A stretch of 64,000 nt of DNA, from NCBI GenBank assembly GCA_040757695.1, contig JBFLWK010000005.1, positions 6,899-70,898 of the forward strand. The letters run 5' to 3'. Numbering within the stretch: the stretch's first letter is position 1; each line of letters opens with the position of its first letter. The notes below the pieces were generated by a model that made no database searches, was not told the DNA's origin, and saw only the letters and a program-made list of their open reading frames with translations. A program made the translations under genes and the position numbers. Below are positions 20,077 to 29,129 of this stretch, in pieces. This stretch comes from Elusimicrobiota bacterium. Its GTDB lineage: Bacteria; Elusimicrobiota; UBA8919.

Positions 20077-20574
20077 GTGAGTGTAAAAATTATTGAAGGA
20101 AGAAGAGTTGATCCTTTTCGTGGGTTTAAGTTCCGTGTAATAGATGTCCCTCGTAGATTTGAATCCGCAGGATTTACTACTGTTTCTGGCTTGAACACAG
20201 AGACAGAAGTAGTTGAATATCGTGAAGGTGATTCTGCCGGTCATATGCATAAACTTCCCGGACTTACCACTTTTGAAGATATTACACTTTCACGTGGTAA
20301 AAGTACAATTGATGATTTCCAGATCTGGCGGAATGAAGTTTATGAAGTTGACCGTGGTGGTGGATTACCTGATCGTGAATTTCGCAGGAACTTAATTATT
20401 GAATTAAGAGATTATCAAAATGTACCTGTAAAATCCTGGGAAGTGAGAGATGCCTGGGCAACAAGGCTTGAACACGGTGACTTAGATGCCACATCATCTG
20501 ATGTATGGATAGAAACATTGGTTCTTGCTCATGAAGGATTAAAAGCATTGAATATACAAGAATCAAGAAAATAA
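20077..20574 (+). CDS. Tail tube protein (contractile tail / eCIS tube family).
   Basis: 165 aa. N-terminal GFKFRVIDVPRRFE…SGLNTETEVVEYREGDS is typical of tube proteins. Directly after the sheath. Confidence 0.8.
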   Translation: MSVKIIEGRRVDPFRGFKFRVIDVPRRFESAGFTTVSGLNTETEVVEYREGDSAGHMHKLPGLTTFEDITLSRGKSTIDDFQIWRNEVYEVDRGGGLPDREFRRNLIIELRDYQNVPVKSWEVRDAWATRLEHGDLDATSSDVWIETLVLAHEGLKALNIQESRK

Positions 20575-20576
20575 TC

Positions 20577-20603
20577 CCGATTGCAAATATCGGGACAAAG
20601 AAA
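20577..20603 (+). promoter_or_regulatory. Copy E: hairpin cccgattgcaaatatcggg plus the ACAAAGAAAAG box. Post-tube.
   Basis: Near-identical to copy D. Confidence 0.5.
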
Positions 20604-20637
20604 AGATATTTAGTTTAAAACCCGAAGGAGGACAAAG

Positions 20638-21456
20638 ATGGACGAAGAATTAACTAAAAACAAAGAAATCTCAACAATAGAAAAACAAAAAGAAAAAATA
20701 CCTGTTCTTTATTTATCCTGTGGAATTTATGATGAAAAAGGCAACCTGCATCGTGAAGTAACTTTAAGTAAAATGACTGGCAGGGACAGAAAAGAAATCG
20801 CCAGCCAAGATGTAATGCGTAATGGTGGACGTGTCATCACAACCTTACTTACCAATTGTATAAAGACCCTCGGTGATTTAGACCTGTCAAATCGTGAACA
20901 TAAAACAAAACTTATCCGAGAAATGCTTTCTGCTGACCGTACCTACCTTATACTTCAACTGCGTAAAATATCTATCGGTAACAGTATTCTATTAAATCTA
21001 ACCTGTCCGAACTGTAATGAAAAAAACGAGTTTGATTTTAATATTGATGAAATTGAAGTTAAACCATTAGAAAAAGAAGAATTCTACAGAGAAGGAAACT
21101 ACGAAAGAATAATGACAATTGATTTACCTGAATATAATGCCAATGCAGTATTACGTTATCCACAGGGCTATGATGAAGAAATAATATTTCCATTAATCAG
21201 ATCTAACCCTGTAGAAGCAGGACAGAAAATGCTATTAAGGTGTTTAAAAGAGTTCAATGGACAGACAACATTTCCGTCTAATTTTTTGGATGATATGGAA
21301 GTAGGTATCCTGGATGCTTTAACAGATGGATTTATTTCCCGACAACCGGGACCTGATATAAAACCAACAATAGAATGTTTCAGTTGCAGACAGAACATAA
21401 GAGTGGAGGTATCCGGCGTGGATTTTTTATTCTCCCCGACACGTCGGGGCAGATAG
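20638..21456 (+). CDS. Tail assembly chaperone (gpG-like) containing a zinc-ribbon. Zero-frame product.
   Basis: Sits between tube and tape measure. CPNCNEKNEF motif. Ends shortly after a slippery site. Confidence 0.6.
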   Translation: MDEELTKNKEISTIEKQKEKIPVLYLSCGIYDEKGNLHREVTLSKMTGRDRKEIASQDVMRNGGRVITTLLTNCIKTLGDLDLSNREHKTKLIREMLSADRTYLILQLRKISIGNSILLNLTCPNCNEKNEFDFNIDEIEVKPLEKEEFYREGNYERIMTIDLPEYNANAVLRYPQGYDEEIIFPLIRSNPVEAGQKMLLRCLKEFNGQTTFPSNFLDDMEVGILDALTDGFISRQPGPDIKPTIECFSCRQNIRVEVSGVDFLFSPTRRGR

Positions 21457-21617
21457 ATGAAGAAATATTCACAATAGCATTAACTTTAGGTTGGTCTTAC
21501 AATGAAATACTTGATATGCCAGAAGATGAAAGAAAACAGTGGTATAAATATTGTGCAGAGTATCATGAGAAAATATCTCGTGCAGTAAAGACAAATATAC
21601 CAAAAAGAAGGAAATAG
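21375..21617 (+). CDS. -1 frame extension of the tail chaperone (gpGT-like frameshift product; fusion joins at ~21429).
   Basis: Slippery heptamer T TTT TTA at 21423-21429, a 5-nt spacer, then hairpin ccccgac-ac-gtcgggg at 21435-21450. This ORF is in the -1 frame relative to 20638. Confidence 0.6.
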   Translation: MFQLQTEHKSGGIRRGFFILPDTSGQIDEEIFTIALTLGWSYNEILDMPEDERKQWYKYCAEYHEKISRAVKTNIPKRRK

Positions 21618-21629
21618 GAGTGTGACAGA

Positions 21630-24386
21630 GTGGCTGATTTTTCTCGGGTTTTAGGATTAGGTGTAATTTTAAGTTTTAAAGACAGGCTATCAGCAAAAGT
21701 AGGAACAGCAGCAGCTAAATTAACTGCCTTAGAAGAAGCTGCTGGAAGAAGTGCTACTCGGGTTCAGAAGTTGACCACTGCATTTAAAGTAGGTGCAGCA
21801 GCAATGGTTGCAGGTGGAGGTATCCTTGCAGGATTAGGTATTGGAATAAAAACTGCTGCTACTTTTGAAGACATAATGTTTAATGTGCAGAGAACAACAG
21901 GTTTTACTGATGAACAGATACAACAACTATCAAGAGAGTTAATTATCCTCTCTGCTAACTTACCATTATCTGCTGAAGAGTTAGGTAAAGTATCAATTTT
22001 AGCCGGCCAGTTAGGTATAGGCGTAGAGGAAGGTATAGAAGGGGTTAAAGCATTAGCATTTAATGCAGCTCGCATGGCAAGAACAAGTGAATTAACAGAA
22101 GAACAGGCAACAGAAGCATTTGCACGACTGGCAAAAATCTTTGGTTTAAGTATCAAAGAAAGTGAAAAGATAGGTTCAGCATTAGTTAAGATGGCTAATA
22201 TCTCAACAGCAACAGCAGGTGAAATAGTTGATATGAGTTTACGGTTCGGTGGGTTAGCAAATGCTATGGGAATAACAATGGATGAGGCAGCAGCGTTTTC
22301 TGCTACGATGCGTGATGCAGGTATAATGGTAGAATTAGGTGGAACGGCGATGATGCGGATAATAGCAACCATGGCAGAAAAGACAGAAGCATTTGCAGAG
22401 ATTGTTGGTCTATCAGCACCGAAGTTTAAAGAACTATTTGGTAAAGCACCAGCTAAAGCATTACAACTTTTCTTTGCTGCGTTCGGTGAAATGAAAAAAG
22501 AAGAGATTATTGAGCGGATGGAAAAATTAGGTTTTGAAGGTGTCCGGGTTGGTTCAGTAGTGTTTGGATTAAGCAAGCAGACCGAAGCACTCGCAAGGAA
22601 TTTAAAAGAATCATCTGTTGCATTTTCTCAAGGAACTGTTTTAGGTGAATTATATGAAAAAATGACAAGAAGTCTGGATGATAAATTAGCAACTTTATGG
22701 GGCAGTATAAAAAATCTATGGATAATTATTGGTATGGCATTAATTCCTGCAATTAAACAGGTGGTTGACTGGGGTATTAAATTTCTTACCTTTATATTTC
22801 ATTTACCCAAACCTGTTTTAGTAGGTGCTACTGTCCTGACTGCATTAACAGGTGTAATATTATTTGTCGGTGGAGCAATAACCACTCTGGTGGCTACACT
22901 CGGTATATTAAAGATTGGTCTTACGCAGAGTGCTATTGCCTGTGAATGGTTAACCATTGCCCAGTATGGTGGCTTAAAAGCATTGGTTTTATCACTGGCA
23001 AGATTTACTGCTTTAAATATTCAATTAGCAATAATGAAAACAGGAATGTTCATTGTCGCTGTTGCTACAAAACTCTGGACTGCCGCCCAGTGGTTACTCA
23101 ATGTTGCTTTAACTGCTAACCCTATTGGAATTGTAATTGTTGCTATTGGTGCATTGGTTGGTGCAATTATTTTCTTACTTGTAAAACTTGGTTTATGGAA
23201 TAAAGTAGTTACAGCTGTCTGGCCTGTTCTTTTAGTACTTAAAAATATTGCAATCAGTCTTGGCCAGGCTTTAATAAAATTTCTGTTTCTTCCGCAGCAG
23301 TTATTAATTCAGGGGTTTATTAAACTACTTCAAATGTTAGGATTATGGAATAAAATTACACCTGGAGTCAGAGAAGTAATTTCATCTTTAGCAGATCCAT
23401 TTAAGTTATTCGGAAAAATAGTCCCGAACATAATTTCTGGTATTATTGAATGCTTTAAACATTTAGGTAAAAATCTAACAAATATATATTCCTGGATTGT
23501 TGATAACATGCAGATATTAGTCAGTGGAATCTCAGATGCATTCAAAGGAATTTTTAACATCTTAAAAACAGCAGCTAAATGGTGGTTTATTCTCTTAGTT
23601 CTACCAGTGTATGCAGTCATCGGTGTAATAATAAAATTTATCAAATGGACCGGTATTTTAGGATTAGCAATAAAAATTGTAGGAGTGACATTAAAGATAT
23701 TCAGTCAGGAAATAGTTAACCTTTTTAAGATATTAGTTTTACTCTCTACAAAAATAGGCGAAGGAATAATATCAGTTTTTCAAGGTTTAATAAAAACACT
23801 AATCCCTGTCTGGAAAATGTTTGTTAAGAGCGTACAATTTGCTTTTAATGAGGTAGTTGCACTTACAAAAACAGTTGGTAAATTTCTGTATCAGTACGGA
23901 GTACAACCATGGATAGAAATTGGTAAAGGAATTGTGAATGTATTCAAGAATGTTATCTCGGTAGTTTCTTCTGTTTTTGAAAAAATAAAAGATATTGTTA
24001 TGACACCAATAAAATTTGTCTGGAATACTTTAGTTGATTTAACTAAACAAGTCCCGAAAGTGTTATTACCACAGGTCCTGCAGAACTTAAAACCATTAGC
24101 AGAAGGTGCAATAGTAGTCAAAGCAACTCCAGCAATAATAGGTGAAGCAGGCCCAGAGGCAGTTTTACCTTTAACTTCACCACGGTTCCAGGAAGCAGTT
24201 GAAAAACCTGTCCAGAGAAAAATCAGAGAACTGGCAGATGAAGGAGTAAAGATAATTAAGTTTATGGTTACTATACCGGTAGAGATTGATGGCTACCAGA
24301 TAGCAAAAATAGTTCGTGAATTTGAAGAGGAAGAAAATATACGCAGTTTTGTTGCACCGGTAAGATTAGTAAGAGGAACAATATAA
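21630..24386 (+). CDS. Tail tape measure protein.
   Basis: 918 aa, Ala/Gly-rich N-terminus, long hydrophobic central segments, position after G/GT. Confidence 0.8.
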   Translation: MADFSRVLGLGVILSFKDRLSAKVGTAAAKLTALEEAAGRSATRVQKLTTAFKVGAAAMVAGGGILAGLGIGIKTAATFEDIMFNVQRTTGFTDEQIQQLSRELIILSANLPLSAEELGKVSILAGQLGIGVEEGIEGVKALAFNAARMARTSELTEEQATEAFARLAKIFGLSIKESEKIGSALVKMANISTATAGEIVDMSLRFGGLANAMGITMDEAAAFSATMRDAGIMVELGGTAMMRIIATMAEKTEAFAEIVGLSAPKFKELFGKAPAKALQLFFAAFGEMKKEEIIERMEKLGFEGVRVGSVVFGLSKQTEALARNLKESSVAFSQGTVLGELYEKMTRSLDDKLATLWGSIKNLWIIIGMALIPAIKQVVDWGIKFLTFIFHLPKPVLVGATVLTALTGVILFVGGAITTLVATLGILKIGLTQSAIACEWLTIAQYGGLKALVLSLARFTALNIQLAIMKTGMFIVAVATKLWTAAQWLLNVALTANPIGIVIVAIGALVGAIIFLLVKLGLWNKVVTAVWPVLLVLKNIAISLGQALIKFLFLPQQLLIQGFIKLLQMLGLWNKITPGVREVISSLADPFKLFGKIVPNIISGIIECFKHLGKNLTNIYSWIVDNMQILVSGISDAFKGIFNILKTAAKWWFILLVLPVYAVIGVIIKFIKWTGILGLAIKIVGVTLKIFSQEIVNLFKILVLLSTKIGEGIISVFQGLIKTLIPVWKMFVKSVQFAFNEVVALTKTVGKFLYQYGVQPWIEIGKGIVNVFKNVISVVSSVFEKIKDIVMTPIKFVWNTLVDLTKQVPKVLLPQVLQNLKPLAEGAIVVKATPAIIGEAGPEAVLPLTSPRFQEAVEKPVQRKIRELADEGVKIIKFMVTIPVEIDGYQIAKIVREFEEEENIRSFVAPVRLVRGTI

Positions 24387-24983
24387 ATGCCCATATCTTA
24401 CGAAGAACGAAAAGCACAGATATTAAATGAAGCGGGTATATCACCGGAACCTGTTAGACCAAAACAATTAACTGTTGAGACAACTAAAAAACGGAAATTC
24501 TTAACATGTTTAGGAGCAAGCAGTAACCGTGCTTTATTAGTTAGAGAAGATAACTTAAGTGATTTTCTTATTTTTCATTACAATCCGCCCGAATTCAGTG
24601 ATGCTGAAACTGCTGAATATTCTGACGGTGAAACAAAAGGTTTAGCAAGACCAATTAAACAATACACTCGCGGTGGTGACAGGACAGTATCATTCCAGTT
24701 ATTCTTTAATACTTTTGGTAGAAAAAGAAACGACCCTTATCAGAAGACAGTCGAAGAATCAATTAAATGGCTCAGAGAAGTTAAATCACCTGTTGTACAG
24801 TCAACCTCAACTGGCGGTAAAGTTCCCCCCAGACTTTATTTTATCTGGGGACAGTTACCACCATTCAGATGTATTTTAACAAGTATGAATGTGGTAAGGA
24901 CAGTGTTTGACCCGAAGACAAAAGAAGCATTAAGGGCAACAGCAGATATAACACTGATTGAATATATAGACGCACCCTTATGA
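24387..24983 (+). CDS. Tail protein (gpU-like / tube-baseplate adaptor).
   Basis: Position immediately after the tape measure, as in P2-like and eCIS clusters. Confidence 0.35.
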   Translation: MPISYEERKAQILNEAGISPEPVRPKQLTVETTKKRKFLTCLGASSNRALLVREDNLSDFLIFHYNPPEFSDAETAEYSDGETKGLARPIKQYTRGGDRTVSFQLFFNTFGRKRNDPYQKTVEESIKWLREVKSPVVQSTSTGGKVPPRLYFIWGQLPPFRCILTSMNVVRTVFDPKTKEALRATADITLIEYIDAPL

Positions 24984-24993
24984 GAATAAATTT

Positions 24994-25293
24994 ATGATTT
25001 TTCCAGGTTCAAGATATAAAGGAGTTCCTTATTCAGCAATAAAACTAAAGGATGAAAAAATAGTAACAGTCCTTCATCAGAGACAGTTTGTCAAAAGGGA
25101 AGATATTGGTGAGAACTTTATTATTTATGAAGTTCAGGAAGGAGATGAGTTAGATTTACTTGCTTATAAGTTTGGTGGTAAAGCACGACTCTGGTGGCTG
25201 ATTGCAGATATAAATGAATTAGATTATCCTTGGACATTAAAGCGTGGTCAGAAACTGATTATACCCAGTATTGAAGAATTTGCTAAGAGATGA
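24994..25293 (+). CDS. LysM-like tail protein (P2 gpX-like).
   Basis: 99 aa with a YEVQEGDELDLLAYKF…WW LysM-like segment. Conserved position. Confidence 0.5.
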   Translation: MIFPGSRYKGVPYSAIKLKDEKIVTVLHQRQFVKREDIGENFIIYEVQEGDELDLLAYKFGGKARLWWLIADINELDYPWTLKRGQKLIIPSIEEFAKR

Positions 25294-26510
25294 CACAAAG
25301 TGTCATCCTGAACAGAGTGAAGGATCTCATAATGATAGATCGCAGTCAACCTGTTTATAGGATAAAAATTGAAGGAGTGGATTTAGAAAAGTTCGGTTAC
25401 AACTTTATTGTTGAATCAGTAATGACTGAGGAACATGATACATTAGCAGATATATCTAAAGTGGTGATAGTCAATAAGGACCTGAAATTTACCAATGACC
25501 TTATGTTTTTAGAAAAATCAAAAATGGAAATATTTCTTGGATATCCGGAAGAATTAGAATATAAAGGATGTTTTTATTTAGATGAACCAAAGTTTGTTTT
25601 CCCTGAACAAGGTACACCTAAAATAATTCTATCAGGCAAAGGTGAAGAGATATCGCTTGCCTATTCTGAAAAAAGAAGAGTATTCAGAAACATCACTGAT
25701 TCTGAATTAGCAGAGAAAATAGCAAAAGAGTATGGATTAAAGACAGATATTGAACCTACTAAAAAACGGTATGACCAGATATCACAGATGAATGAATCGG
25801 ATATTGCATTATTACATAGACGAGCAGGATTACATGGATTTTTGGTTTATGTGGAGAATGGAACTTTACATTTTCATCCTGTAAGAAATGAAGATTCAGG
25901 AATTAAACTTACTTATGGTGGTGAGCAAAGTAGCCTGTTGAGTTTTGAAGTTAAAGAACAACTTTTCCTGCGTGCCTTAGAAGTTATCAGCACCTGCAGA
26001 GATAAGTTCAAAAAAACAGTTGTGGATGTATCCAGTGAAAACGAACCCGATGAATTTACAAAAGCTCAATCTGACAGGGATGTAAGAAGGTCCTATGAGA
26101 TAGCCAAAAGTAAACAAGAACAGGCAAAAGGATATCTCTTAAATAGCGGTCATCTGATGGATGCAGAAGAACTTGAAGAGCAGACAAAATCAGCCGGGAT
26201 GGTTTCTCAATGGTTCATTGAAGCAGAAGCAAAATCTATTGGTTTACCTAAAATCAAAGCAAAACGAATAATAGAGTTTGATGGATTAAAGAATTTCAGT
26301 GGGAAATATTATGTAAAAATGGCAAGACATATGATCAGGAATGGATATACTGTTCTTATGGATGTAGGAAGTACTGTTACCGGCAACTTGAGACAGGGTG
26401 AACCTTTGAGTCCTGTGTATTCCAGTTCTGCTGGAACTCGTTTTCCTGACCGAGAAAAAGATAATCAGATAAAAAAAAGCAAAATACTTTCAGTCGCTGA
26501 AATAATATAG
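25290..26510 (+). CDS. Tail / baseplate hub protein (late control gene D-like).
   Basis: 406 aa, after the LysM-like gene. Synteny with P2 gpD / Afp7. Confidence 0.5.
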   Translation: MTQSVILNRVKDLIMIDRSQPVYRIKIEGVDLEKFGYNFIVESVMTEEHDTLADISKVVIVNKDLKFTNDLMFLEKSKMEIFLGYPEELEYKGCFYLDEPKFVFPEQGTPKIILSGKGEEISLAYSEKRRVFRNITDSELAEKIAKEYGLKTDIEPTKKRYDQISQMNESDIALLHRRAGLHGFLVYVENGTLHFHPVRNEDSGIKLTYGGEQSSLLSFEVKEQLFLRALEVISTCRDKFKKTVVDVSSENEPDEFTKAQSDRDVRRSYEIAKSKQEQAKGYLLNSGHLMDAEELEEQTKSAGMVSQWFIEAEAKSIGLPKIKAKRIIEFDGLKNFSGKYYVKMARHMIRNGYTVLMDVGSTVTGNLRQGEPLSPVYSSSAGTRFPDREKDNQIKKSKILSVAEII

Positions 26511-26542
26511 GTGACAAAAATGCGATTTTGTATGAGGTGTAT

Positions 26543-26977
26543 TTATTTGATAGGAATCAAAATAATTTTCTTGTTTTTATTATCAAAATTTACATTAAAT
26601 TTTCTGAAGAAATCTATTCGTCCTAAAATGAATGGAGTTTGTTCATTTTCAGAAAAGAAACATCTGACCTTTGATGTGATATCTCGGATTTTTATCTTGA
26701 TACTGCTGATATATACTTTTACTCCTTTCCCCTCAATCCCATATGAGCGTTCACTGGGACAACTTTTTAAATCAATACCAATCGCCTTTGCCATTGATTT
26801 TGGGAGCATAGAACAATCAGCGCCTGAATCAAGAATAAAAGAGACCGGAATATATCCATACTTTGTTTCAAGTTCAACAGTTATTTTTGGGTCAATGACT
26901 TTACCTAAAGTTGTAAGTTTTTCTTTTAAAGGGAATTCAATAGACACAGATTCTTCCTTTTGGTTCGATGTATTCAA
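26543..26977 (-). CDS. Retropepsin-like (clan AA) aspartic protease.
   Basis: Catalytic FILDSGAD motif (D-S/T-G-A), ~140 aa, ending GRIDFFRKF as in bacterial and archaeal retropepsin-like proteins. Confidence 0.65.
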   Translation of the reverse strand: MNTSNQKEESVSIEFPLKEKLTTLGKVIDPKITVELETKYGYIPVSFILDSGADCSMLPKSMAKAIGIDLKSCPSERSYGIEGKGVKVYISSIKIKIRDITSKVRCFFSENEQTPFILGRIDFFRKFNVNFDNKNKKIILIPIK

Positions 26978-27134
26978 TGGTCAAATTTTTATCACCAAGT
27001 TTTTCTTTGACTTGTTTGAACAATTTATCTGTAGTTTTTTCGGAGGCAACAACTTTGCCTTTGAGAGTTGCAATGAATTTACCACCATATTTTTCTTGAA
27101 GTTGAATATAAGAAAGATGTTTCATTTTTATCAC
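26937..27134 (-). CDS. Small hypothetical protein, middle gene of the antisense cassette.
   Basis: 65-aa ORF tightly spaced between the DUF104-like gene and the protease gene. Confidence 0.4.
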   Translation of the reverse strand: MIKMKHLSYIQLQEKYGGKFIATLKGKVVASEKTTDKLFKQVKEKLGDKNLTIEYIEPKGRICVY

Positions 27135-27144
27135 GCTCCTTTAA

Positions 27145-27375
27145 TTATTTTCCGTAGAGGTATTTGTCATGATTTCTACTAACGTCAGTTCGTCCACTTT
27201 TTATGATGCCACAATATTTTTTAAGTGCCTTCTTTTGAGATTTAACCAATTGTGGTATTTCTTCTTCTGCAGGAAATATCATCAATTGAATCTTTTTGTG
27301 CTCAGGCAATTTAACTTTTTCAAGTGGCCTGAAGATACCATTTTCATAAACTGCTGTAACTGTTGTTTTTGCCAT
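27145..27375 (-). CDS. DUF104 (AF2212-like) antitoxin-type small protein.
   Basis: MAKTTVTAVYENGIFRPLEKVKLPEHKKIQLMIF matches the VYENGVLKPLE…GxKVxV signature. Antisense to the tail operon. Confidence 0.55.
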   Translation of the reverse strand: MAKTTVTAVYENGIFRPLEKVKLPEHKKIQLMIFPAEEEIPQLVKSQKKALKKYCGIIKSGRTDVSRNHDKYLYGK

Positions 27376-27436
27376 GTTTTTAACTTCTTGCTAAATATAA
27401 TATACAAAATATTAAAACAAAAATCAAATAAAAATT

Positions 27437-28627
27437 ATGAAAAAAATATTTTACGGTAAATATGCAGGTCAGGTTTTTGATAATAACGATCCTAAAAAAC
27501 TCGGCAGGATAAAAGCATTGGTTGAGGAAGTGGGTTTTGTCTCTGAACCTACTGACTGGGCCTGGCCATGTGTTTCTCCTTATGGCGGAATCAAAGATAC
27601 TGGCAGTATCTGGGTACCAGAAATCGGTATGAATGTCTGGATAGAATTTGAATCAGGTGATGTAAACAAACCGATATGGTCCGGTGTTTACTGGTCAGAG
27701 CCAGGTGGTAAATCAGAAATACCTGAGTTAGCAAAAGGTATTCCAGATGAATCAACCAGGATACCTAAAGAATTAGACCAGGCAGAAACGGGCTCAGGTA
27801 AGATATTCAATGAGCCACCTTCTGCTTTTGCTGCTAAGTATCCATATAACAAAGTGATGAAAACAAAATCAGGCCATATTATTGAGATAGATGATACACC
27901 AGGACAAGAACGAATACATATTTATCATAAAAGCGGAACATATAAAGAGATAAAACGTGATGGAAGTTTAACAGAAAAAGTTATCGGTAAACTTCACAGT
28001 GTTGTAATTGGCGATGTTGTCCTTCATTATAACAATAAAGTTTATATTGTAGTAGAAGGAGATATTGAAGAAACAAACTACAGAACTAAAACAGTCTACC
28101 TTAAACAAGGATTAAATGAAATTGTTGATGGCCCGATAACAAGGGAATATAGCAGTGACGAAACAATAACAATAAAAGGCAAACGAAGAATAAACTACAA
28201 AGGTGGGATAGAAGAAAATTTCTCGGGTTCAATATCTAAATCAATAATCGGTAGTGAAGCAAAAGTTATCGGTGGTGCTAAAGACACAATGATTTTAGAG
28301 ACAGAAAGAAAACAGATCGGTAATGCATCAGGTCAGAACATAGCAAAATCAGTAGATATTTTATTAGGTGATTATGTGTTAAATTTAATAAGTGGGAATC
28401 AAAAGATAGAACTTAAGTTAGGAGATTTTATTCTTAATTTACTTACGGGTAAGATTGATTTAAAAACACAGGTAGGGAATATTTTAATAGAAACATCCAC
28501 AGGTAATATTCAATTAAATGGTGGTAATACACTTTTTGATGGTGTGGTAACTAAAAGTTGTATGTGTCCGTTTTTAGGTTCACCACATATTGATGGTTCT
28601 ATCAGAGTATTAGCAAAGAAAATGTAG
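27437..28627 (+). CDS. Baseplate central spike (gpV / VgrG-like OB-fold).
   Basis: N-terminal YGKYAGQVFDNNDPKKLGRIKALV is the typical gpV motif. 396 aa. Confidence 0.8.
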   Translation: MKKIFYGKYAGQVFDNNDPKKLGRIKALVEEVGFVSEPTDWAWPCVSPYGGIKDTGSIWVPEIGMNVWIEFESGDVNKPIWSGVYWSEPGGKSEIPELAKGIPDESTRIPKELDQAETGSGKIFNEPPSAFAAKYPYNKVMKTKSGHIIEIDDTPGQERIHIYHKSGTYKEIKRDGSLTEKVIGKLHSVVIGDVVLHYNNKVYIVVEGDIEETNYRTKTVYLKQGLNEIVDGPITREYSSDETITIKGKRRINYKGGIEENFSGSISKSIIGSEAKVIGGAKDTMILETERKQIGNASGQNIAKSVDILLGDYVLNLISGNQKIELKLGDFILNLLTGKIDLKTQVGNILIETSTGNIQLNGGNTLFDGVVTKSCMCPFLGSPHIDGSIRVLAKKM

Positions 28628-28639
28628 GAGATAGAAAAG

Positions 28640-28966
28640 ATGCCACTGAACAGTGCAATACTAAAAAATATTGTTAACCAAGCAATGCCGACTAAAGAAC
28701 AGATAAAGAATGATATCTGGCAGAGTTTACAATCTGCTGGATTTAAACAACACGGGTTTGAAGGAGTACCTGACTTAAAAGATATTTCAGATAAGATCGC
28801 TGAACGGTTATGGCAACATACAAAAGAAACATCTGACATATTATGTGAAAAGATAATTGAACATATTATAACAAATGCAGTTGTGTCAACTACAGTGCAG
28901 GTGGTAATTACCTGTCCTGCGGGACCGGGGACAGGAACTGGTACCGGCACAGGAACAATATCATGA
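28640..28966 (+). CDS. Small spike-associated protein ending in a (Gly-Thr) repeat. No PAAR motif seen.
   Basis: ORF coupled to the spike gene. C-terminal PAGPGTGTGTGTIS is encoded by a hexanucleotide micro-repeat at 28915-28960. Confidence 0.4.
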   Translation: MPLNSAILKNIVNQAMPTKEQIKNDIWQSLQSAGFKQHGFEGVPDLKDISDKIAERLWQHTKETSDILCEKIIEHIITNAVVSTTVQVVITCPAGPGTGTGTGTGTIS

Positions 28967-29129
28967 AATGGGAAAGTAATAAAACACCTGGTGTCGTAGA
29001 AAAATTAAAGATTCTAAATAAAAAATTAGAAGAGATTATTACTCTTGTATGTTCAAGAGACATAAAAAAAGTTTCCACATTAAAGAAACTTTTAGAATTA
29101 AAAACAAGAACAACTGAAGATATAAAATC

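Noticed and set aside
26511-27459. Plus-strand ORFs 26511..27182 and 27169..27459 from the track.
   Set aside because: Low-complexity Phe/Ile-rich translations with no motifs. The opposite strand encodes proteins with recognisable domains (DSGA protease, DUF104-like) and proper spacing, so the plus-strand ORFs are judged spurious.
28640-28966. Possible PAAR spike-tip protein after the gpV/VgrG-like gene.
   Set aside because: No PAAR motifs are visible. The C-terminal GT repeat stems from a simple hexanucleotide micro-repeat, so it is left as hypothetical.
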